DNA of 64,000 bases, taken from the NCBI GenBank assembly GCA_012295275.1, contig CM022679.1, forward strand, positions 6,758,001 to 6,822,000, given 5' to 3'. Both the position numbers and the translations under genes were made by a program. The notes beneath the pieces were generated by a model. It was not told the DNA's origin. It did not search any database and saw only the letters and a list, made by a program, of their open reading frames with translations. Below, one piece after another: positions 27,001 to 38,875 of the stretch. This DNA is from Chrysomallon squamiferum. Lineage: Eukaryota; Animalia; Mollusca. Each line of letters begins with the position of its first letter. Position 1 is the first letter of the stretch.

Positions 27001-30000
27001 GATACACCTAAAACAGTGATATGACATATGTTAGATGTTTTTTATTTAATAGAATATTTATTTCTTAAAAATAAAACAAAATCAATTTATAATTTGCCAA
27101 GAATTTAAATTTGGACATACTGAATTTATTCAAAATATTTACAGGCCTTTGTGAAATAAACAAGCCAAAGTGTTCCATACATGCTACATGTAAAAATACT
27201 CCAAATGCTTCTGTATGCACATGCAACTCTGACTATGTAGGAAATGGAACTGTTTGTGAACGTAAGTATTAATAGATAAAGATTATAACAACTGAAAATT
27301 CGGATGTGTTAATTACAGACCAAATTTACACAATTCTTTCTCTAATGTTTACCACAACTTTTGTTTGTTATTTGCTACAGATTTACATTTCATGATTTTC
27401 AAACTTTTTCATGTCCAACATTACATAATATTATTATTATAATAATATATGTTATTGTTATAATTTTGATGTCGTTCTTAACATTATATTTCTATTATTG
27501 TTGGTTATATTATAAACAAAATTTTCAAAATAAATTTTTTGTTCAATATATTTATGGAAATTATTACAGACAACTATTCTTTCCTTACATATGTTTGCAT
27601 TCTTATTTTCCATTTTTCTTCTCTTTTTTTTTTTACAGATAAATGCAAAACGGGATACTGCAATTCAGGAACATGCATTGAGGGGCCTCCAGTGAGATGC
27701 ATATGTGATGAGGTTTACACAGGAGACCGGTGTGAAATAAGGAAAGGTATTAAAAACAATAAACAATCTTCCCATTTAACTGTTTTTAATAAAAAAAAGT
27801 TTGGTTTAAATGTGAAGAACAAAAGAATATAGGTATTCAGTGCATGTATATTTTATTTTTGATTACTAAAAAGTTGTTTTGAAAAATGTAAGAGAAAGGT
27901 TTTTTTTGTGTGTGTTTTTTTTTGTGTGTTATTCTTATACATACCCTTTTTATTAGCAATTGTTTTACATCTTCATTTAAAAAAATATAAATATTTAATA
28001 AACATGAACACATAATAAATTAAATATTTACCTGACAGGGTTTTTTGATTGTTTTTTTAATGTTGTTATGCAAATGTAATAAAAAAGATGGAGAAAAAAC
28101 CTTTATACAATAAATATAGTTTACCTACCTAAAGAAGTCAGAAATTAAAACAATGTAAAAAAAGAAGTTTTTTATTCATAAATTATATAAATATTAATTC
28201 AAAGTATTAGTTGCTTATTTAATTTATTCCAAAAACCAATAAAAAAATTTGCATTAAAGATTTTTATTTGTTTTATTTATTTGGAGATATGGTGTGTTTA
28301 ATTGTTTTTCTGCTTATGTTAAAGTTGATAGGAAATATTCATTAAGTGTTAAACTTTTTTTTTGTTATTTCAGATGTGCTTTTATTCTTTTTCATTATCT
28401 TCTTTTTATAACTCTCTGCCTTTTTTCACCTGTCTTGTTTTTAATATTTATATTACATTATTACTTTTACATATTTTTTCTAATCAAAATACTTTATGTG
28501 TTTTTTATTTCAGCTGCACAAAGTTTGTCACCCAACACCCAAGAAACCATTATTATTGCTGTGGTTACTGTGCTTGCTTTGCTACTTTTCATTATCCTTA
28601 TTGTTGTTTGTGTCTGTGTTATGGCAAGGTATGTATTGAATAAATCTTTATTGCTTATTTCCTTTATATCTGTTTAGCTTGTTAAATGTATTTAAATCAA
28701 TTTCTATTATAGAATTCAAATCATCATTGCCATATAAAAATTTATATTTTAATTTATTCATTTGTTTATGTATTTATTGGGTTCATGATATTTATGACTT
28801 TAATTTTAGTGTTAAGGATTTTGATTAAGCAATGCTTTGAAAATGATGATGATATATGACATATGAGGATTTATGTACTTTGAATTGCTCCTAATATTAT
28901 GAGTTTGTAAACATTTGTATGAAAAACTGGAATAGAAATAAAATGTCATCATTAAACAAATAGAATTAATTCTTGTTAAATGTTACGTTTCATGATCAGC
29001 AGAGGCATCTGTTTATATATAATGTATGGCAAATTATCTGGTTTGTAGGAAAAGACAGATAAGAAAACCAAATGAATACGATGACAGAGCAAGCATTGCA
29101 ACACGCTTGTCTACAAAAATGTATGACAATACACCAATGTATCCAACAAAACCTCCTTCAGTAAGTGGTAGCAGGTATATGCTACCACAGCAGCATGAAG
29201 CATCTTTTTTGAATCCTGTTTACAGTGTTTCAGGTTTGTGAATTTTAGAATATTAATTAAGTCTCTGCTTATCCATTTAAACTTTCAAAACATCATACTA
29301 TTCTTTATCATTTCATTTATTTTGAACTTCTCTAACAATTTTCTATATTTCTAGCTGGTATTCTTCAGTTTTCACGAATGTTTCTTTAATTTTTTTTTCA
29401 TCATTGCCTAATACTTAAAATATTCACTAGTTTTTGATACATTGGTATGTTCAAATAGGATAATTTATCTATTTAGTGAAATGTAAATTAATATTTATTT
29501 CATAAACTGAATATAAACTATAGAAAATAATTATTTTTACAGCAAGAGGATGTAAGTATACTATGCAAACACTAAACAAATATAACTAAATATCACTGAT
29601 AATTTTGGGTTTGTGGTAATGAAATCTTTTAAATGTTTTGATTATCTAGGAAAGCTTATATTATTTTATTTTATATGTTTATAAATCTTTTTTTGTTTGT
29701 TTTTATTTGTTGTTTTTTTTTGCACGTTTTTGTGAAGATGTTTTCAAAAAACCTACATACTGCATTTGGTTTTGAAACATTAAACATTAAAATATTAATG
29801 TCTTTGACATTAAAACAACAAATTAATATGAATTCATTCCAAAAATTTTCTGTATGATTAATTATAAATTTATCAAAAAGTAATTTGTTAAAGGCTTTAT
29901 AAAACAAATAAATTCATTGCAATAAAAAAAAAATTGTATGGGTTTAAATAAATATATTGTTATAGCATCTTACAAAAATGTTTTAAATGTTTTTAATCTC

Positions 30001-31264
30001 CAAATTTAATGAAACAAATATTTTGCTAAAATGAAAGCCAGAGTTTTTCTCAAAAATGTGTTTTATTTCTGATATATAATCATGTATACCTCAGTGTTAC
30101 CATTTTATTTATTTGTGTATATCAAAATTAACAATTTGTATTCAGTTTTCCTGGTATCTCACGTTTTTCCCACTTCTCTTCACTAAAATCAAAAATAAAC
30201 AACAAATTAGAAGATACCAGAAAATGTATGTTGTACAAAATAATTTTCAAGTCAGACATGTTTTAAAATTGTGTACCAAATACTGTGAATTATTTCATAT
30301 TCAAAAGTATGCAGCTTACAAATGTTAGAGATGTCCTTATGAATATTTTTCAAATTAAGTTCCCATGTTTTTTGATTTGGACATTCTTGTACTTTGGAAG
30401 CTCTTTCACAAAATGTAATTGTTATTTAAAGTTAACATCTGGATCATATTTTTATGCAACTTACATTTAAATGTTGTCACGTGAGAAAAAGTAACTTTTT
30501 CAATCTTTAATAAACTTCATGCATGCACTTTGTTATCTGTTCCTAATAAATTTGATGGGAACCACAGAATATTTTTTATGACTTTTATTCAGTACTATTT
30601 AGAAACTTTATTATTACTTTTTAGGTGTATTTTTATTTATAAAATGCATAAATTGAAATAACATTTAAATCTGCTTCATGATTTTATGTTATTTAAGCCA
30701 AAGCTTTGCCATTTAGTTAGTTACTATGTAATTAACTTTAATAATGGAATGTCATTTTAAACTGAAAGCACAAAAAATTGTAGAAAGTTTAGATGAAGAA
30801 AGTTATATGAATAACATTAGAACAATGGCTTTTTAAAATGATTGTATATTATTATATTTATAATTCATTACTTACTAGATTGCACTGTAAAATGAAACTT
30901 GCTCCAGCTTAATAGGAATGTGTAATTTTTATTTTATATTTTTTTTCTTATTGTTTTTCTTTACTTATTTCAAAAACTTATTTATTCATCAACTGAAAAT
31001 AAAATAGGAACTACAAAAGAGAAGAATCAGATTGAGGAAATCCAAAAATGTATTAACCATTTACCTCAGATAAATGGTCATATATAAATATATTAATTTA
31101 TGACAATTAGAAATGGTATTAATTTTAAATCATCAGGTTAAGTTAATTACTAGAAGATGAAAATTAATTTAGTTGCATGAAATCACATAAAGGCACATGC
31201 AGAATGTATAGGAAGTCACATAATTATAATCTTTTTATCTTAGATTAGTAATAACCTATATTAA

Positions 31265-31325
<61 letters not shown>

Positions 31326-31416
31326 ATTAAATGAAATAAAGATGATAATCTTTTTTCTTTACATATTAATTTATTTTATTTTTGCAGATGATGATCCAGC
31401 CATTTACAAAGCATAA
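3172..31416 (+). CDS. Gene A (5'-partial): Uninflatable/SVEP1-like multidomain EGF/pentraxin/HYR/ephrin-receptor-like-repeat type I transmembrane protein, 3' half, about 42 exons
   Basis: Chain of AG/GT-bounded exons with compatible phases, from the EGF exon 3172-3305 to the terminal exon 31388-31416 (DDPAIYKA-TAA). Cys spacing is typical of EGF, PAN, WxxW, sushi and GCC2/GCC3 repeats, and there is a TM exon at 28514-28628. It has two 1-nt frameshifts (about 4535 and 15107) and one damaged exon (about 8079-8219). Confidence 0.88.
4505..4743 (+). CDS. Gene A PAN/apple domain exon
   Basis: TAKECLNICEGKDDCKAFTFNTTSNDCEIH has the PAN pattern CxxxC...CxAFxF...C. One base is missing in the A-run at 4534-4537 relative to the paralogous exon 63537-63776. 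Confidence 0.85.
5309..7096 (+). CDS. Gene A mucin-type WxxW (CysD) domain exons (5309-5397, 6910-7096)
   Basis: DFWTPWYNTKKP...DEE...|VGIAICKGTDPVNVECR...TITCSVATGLTCNNKDQTDKQCEDYEIHFKC matches the WxxW...GLxCxNxDQ...CxDYEIxFxC signature. Confidence 0.85.
6397..6547. repeat. Degenerate ~52-bp tandem repeat, 3 copies
   Basis: tttatgaaatat(t/c)atacatt recurs at about 6411, 6462 and 6515. Confidence 0.7.
7474..10503 (+). CDS. Gene A Notch-like EGF array exons (7474-7704, 8866-9065, 9378-9505, 9852-9968, 10366-10503)
   Basis: Examples: [98 protein letters not shown]. Phases are consistent except across the damaged exon at about 8079. Confidence 0.9.
8079..8219 (+). pseudogene. Disrupted calcium-binding EGF exon of gene A
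   Basis: After the AG at 8077-8078: ...EINIDDCKP[T14 run]PCNNSGICQDGINGYECDCPKGWT, then NIEF-stop. There are internal frame breaks and no suitable phase-0 donor. Confidence 0.7.
10785..13145 (+). CDS. Gene A pentraxin/laminin-G-like domain exons (10785-10950, 11465-11704, 12847-13145)
   Basis: Motifs YDLLF...LTISFWVRF...GTFFSMF; NDGRWNNIIINWDSTTGKLNFIVN; WLVLG...GFNGWISQLVIYNRVL. Confidence 0.88.
11799..11969 (+). repeat. Intronic diverged copy of 18868-19040 (exon 3' end plus intron start)
   Basis: aaatgaaacaggagcat...ccattaat.tgtaatgttg.taag...tgtttgatcaga.tagctaaatctgaaaggaaattgttt...gttttcatcattaaacaagaaa is present at both sites. Confidence 0.85.
13444..14631 (+). CDS. Gene A HYR domain exons (13444-13578, 13844-13939) and sushi-like exon (14428-14631)
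   Basis: CPSDV...VTWNEPKF...YSSGDAFLWGKYLVVYVAENSAGNKGLCSFKVFV (HYR); CPKPPNPYQG...TYTCGRIGSWNP...LPPC (sushi). The last donor is GC. Confidence 0.85.
14889..16973 (+). CDS. Gene A linker domain exons with polybasic furin-type site (14889-15155, 16349-16439, 16877-16973)
   Basis: ...CDDVVVSIKCGTNLITGRRRK(R)ATNDVIAYITLPQA|NVTVTSTSG...; the frame is restored by adding one A at 15106-15109. The block ends in LACPSGQALVQQEC. Confidence 0.75.
17719..26891 (+). CDS. Gene A array of 16 ephrin-receptor-like (GCC2/GCC3) Cys-rich exons
   Basis: Exons 17719-17880, 18451-18612, 18750-18908, 19124-19291, 19967-20143, 20656-20817, 20999-21196, 21829-21990, 22539-22712, 22942-23097, 23539-23697, 24421-24576, 24962-25126, 25497-25661, 26250-26414, 26730-26891. 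Each resembles CxxG...CxxCxxGxY...CxxC...T...GSTS..xC, and all are phase 1-1. Confidence 0.92.
17954..18001. repeat. (AT)n microsatellite
   Basis: Pure AT run. Confidence 0.95.
23856..24090. repeat. Degenerate tandem repeat with core gat(a/g)gtatgtagtt(a/g)tcat
   Basis: The core recurs about 7 times with irregular 23-45 bp spacing. Confidence 0.65.
25855..25924. repeat. Perfect 35-bp tandem duplication
   Basis: AGAATAAAAACAGAACAAACAGACATGAATGACAG x2. Confidence 0.9.
27145..27746 (+). CDS. Gene A two membrane-proximal EGF exons (27145-27261, 27639-27746)
   Basis: CSIHATCKNTPNASVCTCNSDYVGNGTVC; CKTGYCNSGTCIEGPPVRCICDEVYTGDRC. Confidence 0.88.
28514..31416 (+). CDS. Gene A transmembrane and cytoplasmic exons (28514-28628, 29049-29233, candidate micro-exon 29543-29551, 31388-31416)
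   Basis: IIIAVVTVLALLLFIILIVVCVCVMA is followed by the RKRQIRK stop-transfer sequence. The tail contains FLNPVY. The terminal exon starts after ttttgcag and ends in TAA at 31414-31416. Confidence 0.82.
31268..31322. repeat. (TAA)n microsatellite
   Basis: Pure TAA run upstream of the terminal exon of gene A. Confidence 0.95.
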
Positions 31417-31862
31417 GAAGATGAAATATATATATATATAAGAGAGATTATAAATATATCATTTGGATTTTTAAATATTTTTATACTGAAATATTTTTTT
31501 ATTTTGCATTTATGAAAGACTTTGCTAGCCTTAAAAAAAATGTTAGGTTTTAGAATGAATACAGAAAGAAAAAAATGTATGTATATTTAGAAAAGTGTTT
31601 GAAATTGTTAGTAAACAGTAAACAAACTGAATAGTGTATTTAGTATTAGAAAGTTTTAATTTGCAAATGTAACTTCACATTCTTTCTTTTTTCTGTTTTT
31701 AAGAACATATTTTTCTAAAACAGTTCTAAGATGATTAGTTAATGTCACTAAATGCACAGAGGTTTTTTAAATTTGCAGTTTTATAAATATATTTATGAAA
31801 AGTAATGACAGGAATTAACCAGGAAGCTACAGTATTTCAAGTGTCAACAATGAACTCAGGCA

Positions 31863-31867
<5 letters not shown>

Positions 31868-31898
<31 letters not shown>
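31868..31898. repeat. (AT)n microsatellite in the putative 3' UTR of gene A
   Basis: Pure AT run. Confidence 0.9.
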
Positions 31899-31901
<3 letters not shown>

Positions 31902-33124
31902 GAATGAAAAACGAAATCCATTAACTGTGTTTGGATCCTAACTTCTGGTATATTTATGGTTGAAGTCAGAGCTAGAGGTCAAATGAAATATTTCAGTGTT
32001 TACAAAATTTAAATACAAATAAAACACATTTTGTAAAATACTTCACACTCTTAAAATATGTATAAAAAGATAGATTCCTGATTATTTTTATTAATAATAA
32101 AATGATATTAAAATGGATTTGTCACATCCATGAGTACTTAGTATACAGCAGTTTAAATACTATAATAATGTAAACTGTATGTACTATTTAATATTTATGG
32201 ATAAAAATATTATTAGATATTCTCATCAACCAGTGGAAGTAACATTAAAAAAACCATGTTGTATAAAATCTGAACAGTCATTGTGTATCTGTGTATATAT
32301 ATATTTTTTATTATATTCCTTTATGTAGTTTATATTTTATTTTTTTCTTTACTCTTATTTTTTATTATTTTTATTTTTAGATTAAAAAATATGAATATTT
32401 TGTGCATGTAATCAAAACTATTAACTGTATATAAGCATTTGTGTATAATCCAAGTTAGTTATAATTGTATATTATATCTATATCATCAAAAAAAAGTATC
32501 TCTGCATTTTATTCAAAATGTGATTACAATAATTAATTTTTAAAATCAGGTATGAATTAAGTTCAATTTGGGATTTAACATTTTATAGTTTAAATGGTAT
32601 GGAGTTATATAAAATTAAATGTTTCATTTTTTTTTATTATTATTATTATTTCACACACAAATTTCAATCACAGTGACAATAAATGCAGAGATAATGAATT
32701 AAATATATGGGTATTTTTCAAATATATTTTTATTTTTGTTGTACTGGTAGTTTTGTTGTGTATGTGTATGGATGTGTAAGTCATATATATATATATATAT
32801 ATCAGTGTGTGTGTGTCCTTTCTCTTTAATTATTTCTAATACCAATTTCTGCTCACAGACTTCTTATAATTTTTTTTTTAAATGTTACTTTTTCTCCAGA
32901 TATGTGCTATATATTTCAAATAACAATTTTTATCTTTTTGGGGGATAGTATTTACTTTCAATTAACATGCAAATTGAATACTTTATAAGTCTGTTTACTA
33001 TAACAATTTTGTTTAAAGAATATATGAATGATTTGAAAACCATGTGATTTTATTTTAACACATTCAACAGTCATGTGTATTGTTTAAAAACCATACAGAA
33101 CTGATATTATTCACATTTATATTG

Positions 33125-33130
33125 AATAAA
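33125..33130 (+). terminator. Candidate polyadenylation signal of gene A
   Basis: AATAAA followed by a T/GT-rich tract, between the gene A stop and the gene B promoter region. AATAAA is common in DNA this AT-rich. Confidence 0.25.
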
Positions 33131-33829
33131 ACTTATTTTTGTAACATTTTATTATTGTTTGTCTTTTAATTTAGTTTATGTAATAATTTTCTTCTTGTTC
33201 TTATAGATAATTTACTCAGTATTAAGAACAATTAAATGTACAAATTTTGATACATTTTTTAATATGAAAATAATTTTATCAATGAACTGACTACAGCAAT
33301 TTTGTAACAAGTAATTTATTTAAAAATGAGATATACTTCATAATCTTACAAAAACTTTCTGAGGCACAATTTTGGCACTACTATGTATATTTAAATAATT
33401 AAATGCACATTATTGTTGTGTGATTTGGTAAGACAGTAAAAATGTCAGGTATTATATAAATTGCCCAATTCTTCAACGTTGTAAATAGTTACATGATTAA
33501 AAATTTAATAAAAATAATTAATAATCTGAAACAGTTTTTTAATGTATTGTTATAATAATATTATTCATACGTGTTTGTTACTACTTGTTACCTGAATATT
33601 ATAATTTAATATTAAGCACAAAAACTTAACAACAAAATATGTGATATTCAGAAAAAATGGTGGGAGAAAGTGAAGAAAAAAAGAAGAACATCGTAATGAA
33701 ATAATGGACAGAATATCATTTACAATGAATATCATGTTTATAACCTGAATGAAAGGACATGGTATACACATATAATTTTATATGGTAGATAGGTCTTTTC
33801 TTCAGGATTGCAATAATGATTACTTTAGT

Positions 33830-35810
33830 TCTGTCCGTCAGAATGGAAGTTTTAATCGATAAGGCACTTTAAAGATTCTATTGATATGATAAAAAGATTA
33901 CTGAGTGGACCGATTACACAGGTAAAATTATTTCGTCTGTTCCTCATTCGGTGGGAACACCTCTGTAACTGTTCGAAACAAGCAGGGCGACTTGAAAAGT
34001 TTCTATTAAAAATTTCTTATTTAAGACATTAACTTTAAAAGTTACGACAGAAGAATATTTTGATGAAAAAAAAATTGTGGTTTAAAATCTTCAAATGACT
34101 TTGTATAACACTTAGAAATCGTGCTAGAAGTGGAAATGTACGCCAGGAAGCAGTATGTTTTATTTCTTTTTGCTGTTTCTATCACAACGGTAAGAAATTC
34201 CTTTTACGTTCCTTTTTCTTCGATCATCTTTTTTCTTTTTCTCTTTTTTTTTTAAATTTATATTTAATTTTATTTCATTTAAACATATTTATAAGTGATA
34301 TAAAAACTATTAAAATACATAACAAAAATAATTATAGGTGTGGTAGTAAGAAAAAGCGCCCAGTAATTTTTTAATTTTTCAGACACTTTAGTGTTAATAA
34401 TACGTGTTTTAGTGTTGATATACATAAGCAGACACATACAATTCCATACCATGCATATGAATTATACAATTATGTTGTTATATTGTTTATTTCTTTATTT
34501 CTTTATCATATATGAAACAAAACCTGCTAACCCCACTTTATGGATAACTTATTGATATATCTTAATTACGTTTTAAGCATAATTATGTTCATTATAAATA
34601 CTGGCAGTTATTTCATTGCGTTTTTTCTGTGTGTGTTTTTGTTGTTGATTTTTTCTGTGTTTTTTTTTTTTTTTTTTTACTTTTCCCCTCTCTATTTTAT
34701 TTATTTTAATTTAGCGCGATGCCTTAAACAAAGAATTAAAATTTATATGGAAATTATTTCAGAAAACCACTAATTTTGTGGTTTAATTTTATATTTATTT
34801 TATATATATGGCATTACATTATTCATTTCACTTTCGAATAATTAAAACACACATACAAACTCGATCTTTCGATTTAAATTTCGTAACAAAAGCGTACAGA
34901 AATCTTTATTTGACCCGAAATAAAAAGATCAAACGAGGTTAGTTGGAATCATCGAGTCCCGTGAGAACATTTTGCATTCTGTAACTGGTAGCAGAATAAA
35001 TAAGTTGTATCACTGTAAAAATATGAGTTTTCTTTCTTTCATTTCATTCTGAACCACAATCATAAGTCTTTAAAAAGTATAAAGCAATACTAAAATACGT
35101 ATGAAATAAAACTTGCTAGCAACGCCTCAGATTTTCAATAGTGCAAAATAACATTATCGTATAACAAATAGCATTGATATTTATAACGTAACATTTTGGT
35201 CGAGTGTAAAATACTTGAAACGAAAACGTTCTTCATTATCTTCTGTATTGCTTTATGTTTGGTCGTAAAAATTCTAAATGCAGTTCGTGATATTGTGTTG
35301 CGACGTCCCAAATAAATAATTCGTGACAAATTATCAGCTACACAAATTAATGTACCGTTATAAAACACAAAACAAAAAATTTCGGATCCGCTCCATTTTC
35401 TTCTAAATGTAACACCCAATACTTCAGGCAAAAACATTCACATAACAAAATAAATAAATAGATAATAAAGATGATGATAATGATCATTAATTAATTAATG
35501 AATAACAATAAATAAATATATAATAATAATTTTTATGTTTTTAATAATTCAAAGTAAACAACATTTATTACTTTATTTACTTATTTGGACATTAAATTTA
35601 TTTAGTCTCGCAGAACATAATTAATTCATTAACATAGTTCAATATATATTTTTCCCCAATGAGTAATGTTTGCATAATTTGTTTTACGTTTATTGTTAAT
35701 ACAAACCATTATGTGTTCTGATTTTATACGATTTTTCCATTTCCTTTTTTGGTTTACAGTCACAAGCTTTAACAACAGAGGTAAACTGTCTACCTGGTAA
35801 GTATACGTCT
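33830..35810. promoter_or_regulatory. CpG-retaining promoter/first-intron region of gene B
   Basis: CG dinucleotides are frequent here (ccgtc, atcgat, gcgcgat, tcgagtcccg, gcgacgtc) and rare in the other introns. The region surrounds the ATG exon at 34136. Confidence 0.6.
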
Positions 35811-38800
35811 AGGTGAATATAAATATGTAAATTAATTAATTAAAATAATTTAAGACAAAATACAGAAGTTAACAAGTCACTGTATTACTTTTTAATTAGA
35901 TGAGGTCTTTAAAAAATATATAATAATAATAATAATAAATAATAATAAACTGAAAATAATTTCATTTTTCTTTTAATTGTAATAAAAGGAATTAATATAA
36001 AATACATATGACTAATTTATTTATTTTTTTATTTATTAAATTTAAGGGCTGAATCAAAATATATTTGGTGAAAATAGGTTATTGTATATTTTTTTATCAC
36101 AAGGTATACAATATCGAAATATGTAATATTTAATACAGAATTATTTTACTCCATTTAAAATAAAGGTTTGCTTAACAAAAGATTAAAAAATAATAATTGC
36201 TTTTCATTCTAGCTCAAGTGTTTCCACAGTGATCGAGCTAGTATTTCAGACTATTTTTAGGGGGCTGGTTGGGGATGGATTTAGGCTGTACTTTTTGAGA
36301 AATGTAAATAATTATGTCAAACTTTGCATTTCCAAGCTGCACTGAACTAACAGCTACATAATTAAAATAGTGTATACAGAATTAATTACAAGAAATATAA
36401 ACAGGTCTAATGTCGCTCATGCACACCCAAACAAACACACAAACACACACACACAAAGATAAGAAAATATTTTGGACTGTTTTGTCAACAGAGTGCTGAT
36501 ATGACATATAACACTGTCAAAAGCAATGGTATTATAAGATTCTAATTTCATATCTAAAATATCACCAGCTGATCATAAGGAAAGACTTTGGTTTTTTCAC
36601 CACTTTGACTAATTTTTAGTGTTCACTAGACTAGTTCCAGCAGTGCCTACAGTGCACTGTCTTTATCTGGAGAGCTTTGGCAGAGATTCATTGAAATGTC
36701 TGGTTGATTGAAGTAGGTAGTCAGATATTGGAACTATGGTTATATTTATTTTAATACTTTTGTTAATTAAAAAAAAAAAAATATTCACCAAAAAACAGAT
36801 TCAGGTTAAAATTACAAAAACAACATCAATCTAAATATTCAAACACAACAAATAAAAATGTAAAACATATGTGACTTAATGATTTCTTTATTTTAAAGGG
36901 TGGACAAACATTGGCGTACAGTGTTATAAACTCTTTTCCTTTTTGTCACCATGGGAAAGTGCTGCTAAAGTATGTAAAAGGTGAGATACAAAACATTAAA
37001 TTAAAAAATAAGTTATTTATTTAAATTATCCACTTGCTGAACATAATTATTCATTGACATCACAGATGTCTGGAAAAATCAAAACTTTTGAACTTACTAA
37101 CGTGTCTATCTCAAAACCTTTCTAGGTACTATTAAGCTATTTTGAATCCCACTACAGTATCATAGCAACCCTCTCTCAGCTCACTTTCCATCATAGTATG
37201 AGTACATTTTACAGATGCACCGCCCATAACCATCATAACCTAGTTTCATTTTTGTTTACATATACAGCATAACATTTGTTTACATTGTTTTTATAGCAGT
37301 TATTTGTAATGAAGTTTGATGTTTTGGTAAATTAGAGGGTTAATTATTAATTCTCAGTTTCACAGACTTTTGCATTTTGCACGACTGATGCTTCTCCTGT
37401 TAGCTGGTAAAATAGTTAAAAAACCAGAATCACATTAAAATAAATTGTAATTATAGAAGACAATAAAATAAAATGATAACAATGATTTAATTTTTTTTTT
37501 TTAAATTAAGAAAATTATTTTCAGTAAGAAACATTGTTAACTCTTCTATAGAATAAAATAACTATTGACCTACTGTCAATAAATGTTAAAAAAATATAGG
37601 ATAAACTAAACCAACAGCTTAGATATGACAAAAAGTATAATTATAAGCATGATTGGGTAAAATTATTTAGTATTTTTATTCATGTTTTTGTTTTCTTCTT
37701 TGTTCCTTTATTGCGCATTTCCTTCACTGAAAAGTTATGGATCTGAACTGGCAACAGTTACAGATTATTATGAAACTGAAGATGTTGGCAAGTTTGCAGA
37801 TTCAAAAGGAAAGACAAAATTTTGGATTGGTAAATATAATTTCTAATAAATGTTACAAGTATCGTGTTTTCATAGCATGACATAACAAATTATGACTTAC
37901 TGTACTTGATGTATCCTTGTAAATAAATGGCTGTGTTAAACATCCTCTGTCTGTTTGTTTGTTTTTATGTGCTTCCTAAGAGACATTTTAAAGTGATAAA
38001 ATATTTAAACATTTGGTCACACTGCTTTTTTAGTAATCACTTCCTGGATTGAAAAAGATTTCTTATATTTAAGTAGAAATGAATATTATATTTATATGTG
38101 TAAATCTTTTTCTAATAGTAGTAAAACAATATAATTTACCAAAAAGACTGATTTTGGCAAAATTATTGTTTCAATGAGATTCATGCAATTAAAAAAATTA
38201 AATAATACTTATTTCTTATTACTAATTATTACTAAAAATTAAATAATACTTATTTCTTAATATAAAGATTTAATTTGTTTGATTCTTTTAACAATAACAA
38301 GAACTGGTAATAATATTTACTCTAAAACTGAATCACTGTTGTCTTAATTATGGATGAGATAATTTGCCATGACATTTGTTTTACTAATTTGTTTAAAATG
38401 TAGTTAAAAATTTATAATGGCACTTGTTATTACTAGATAAATTGAGAACAATAAAACCAATTACTGAGCAATGGAATACAAATATATTTGATTAATAAAA
38501 TTGGTAGATTCCATTAAAAAGTTTAACAAGTAATATGAACAACTTTCACTGTAACATTATCATTAATTTTGTTTATTATTTTACTTTAATATTTTAATAT
38601 TATTTGCGTTGTTTTGAAAGTAGTATTTTAAATAAAAATAGTTTTCTTTAAAACAGGTCAGAATCAAATCGGAGAAGCTTCTGGGAATCAGAGTTACTGG
38701 AGCAATGGGGAGGAAACTGTGGTATTTGCTGGATTTTGGAATAATTTTCAACCAGATACCACTCACAACCAGCTGTGTGTCTTCATTGAAAAAACTGACA

Positions 38801-38875
38801 CATCTTACAAATGGTCATTTACACAGTGTGAAACAAAAATGAGTTATCTCTGTCAAAGACCTGCTTGTCCTGAAG
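34136..38875 (+). CDS. Gene B signal peptide and C-type lectin exons (34136-34189, 35760-35796, 36899-36980, 37735-37829, 38657-38875)
   Basis: [16 protein letters not shown]...[18 protein letters not shown]...FWIG...WSNG...FWNNFQPD...CV...[14 protein letters not shown]. Confidence 0.88.

Noticed and set aside
35135-35437. 100-aa minus-strand ORF in the CpG-retaining region
   Set aside because: No recognisable motif or splice structure. It lies in intron 1 of gene B.
37050-37410. Slightly GC-richer intronic stretch (also 57550-57810) that might be a transposon remnant
   Set aside because: I could not identify TIRs, target duplications or coding remnants. A repeat-library search would be needed.
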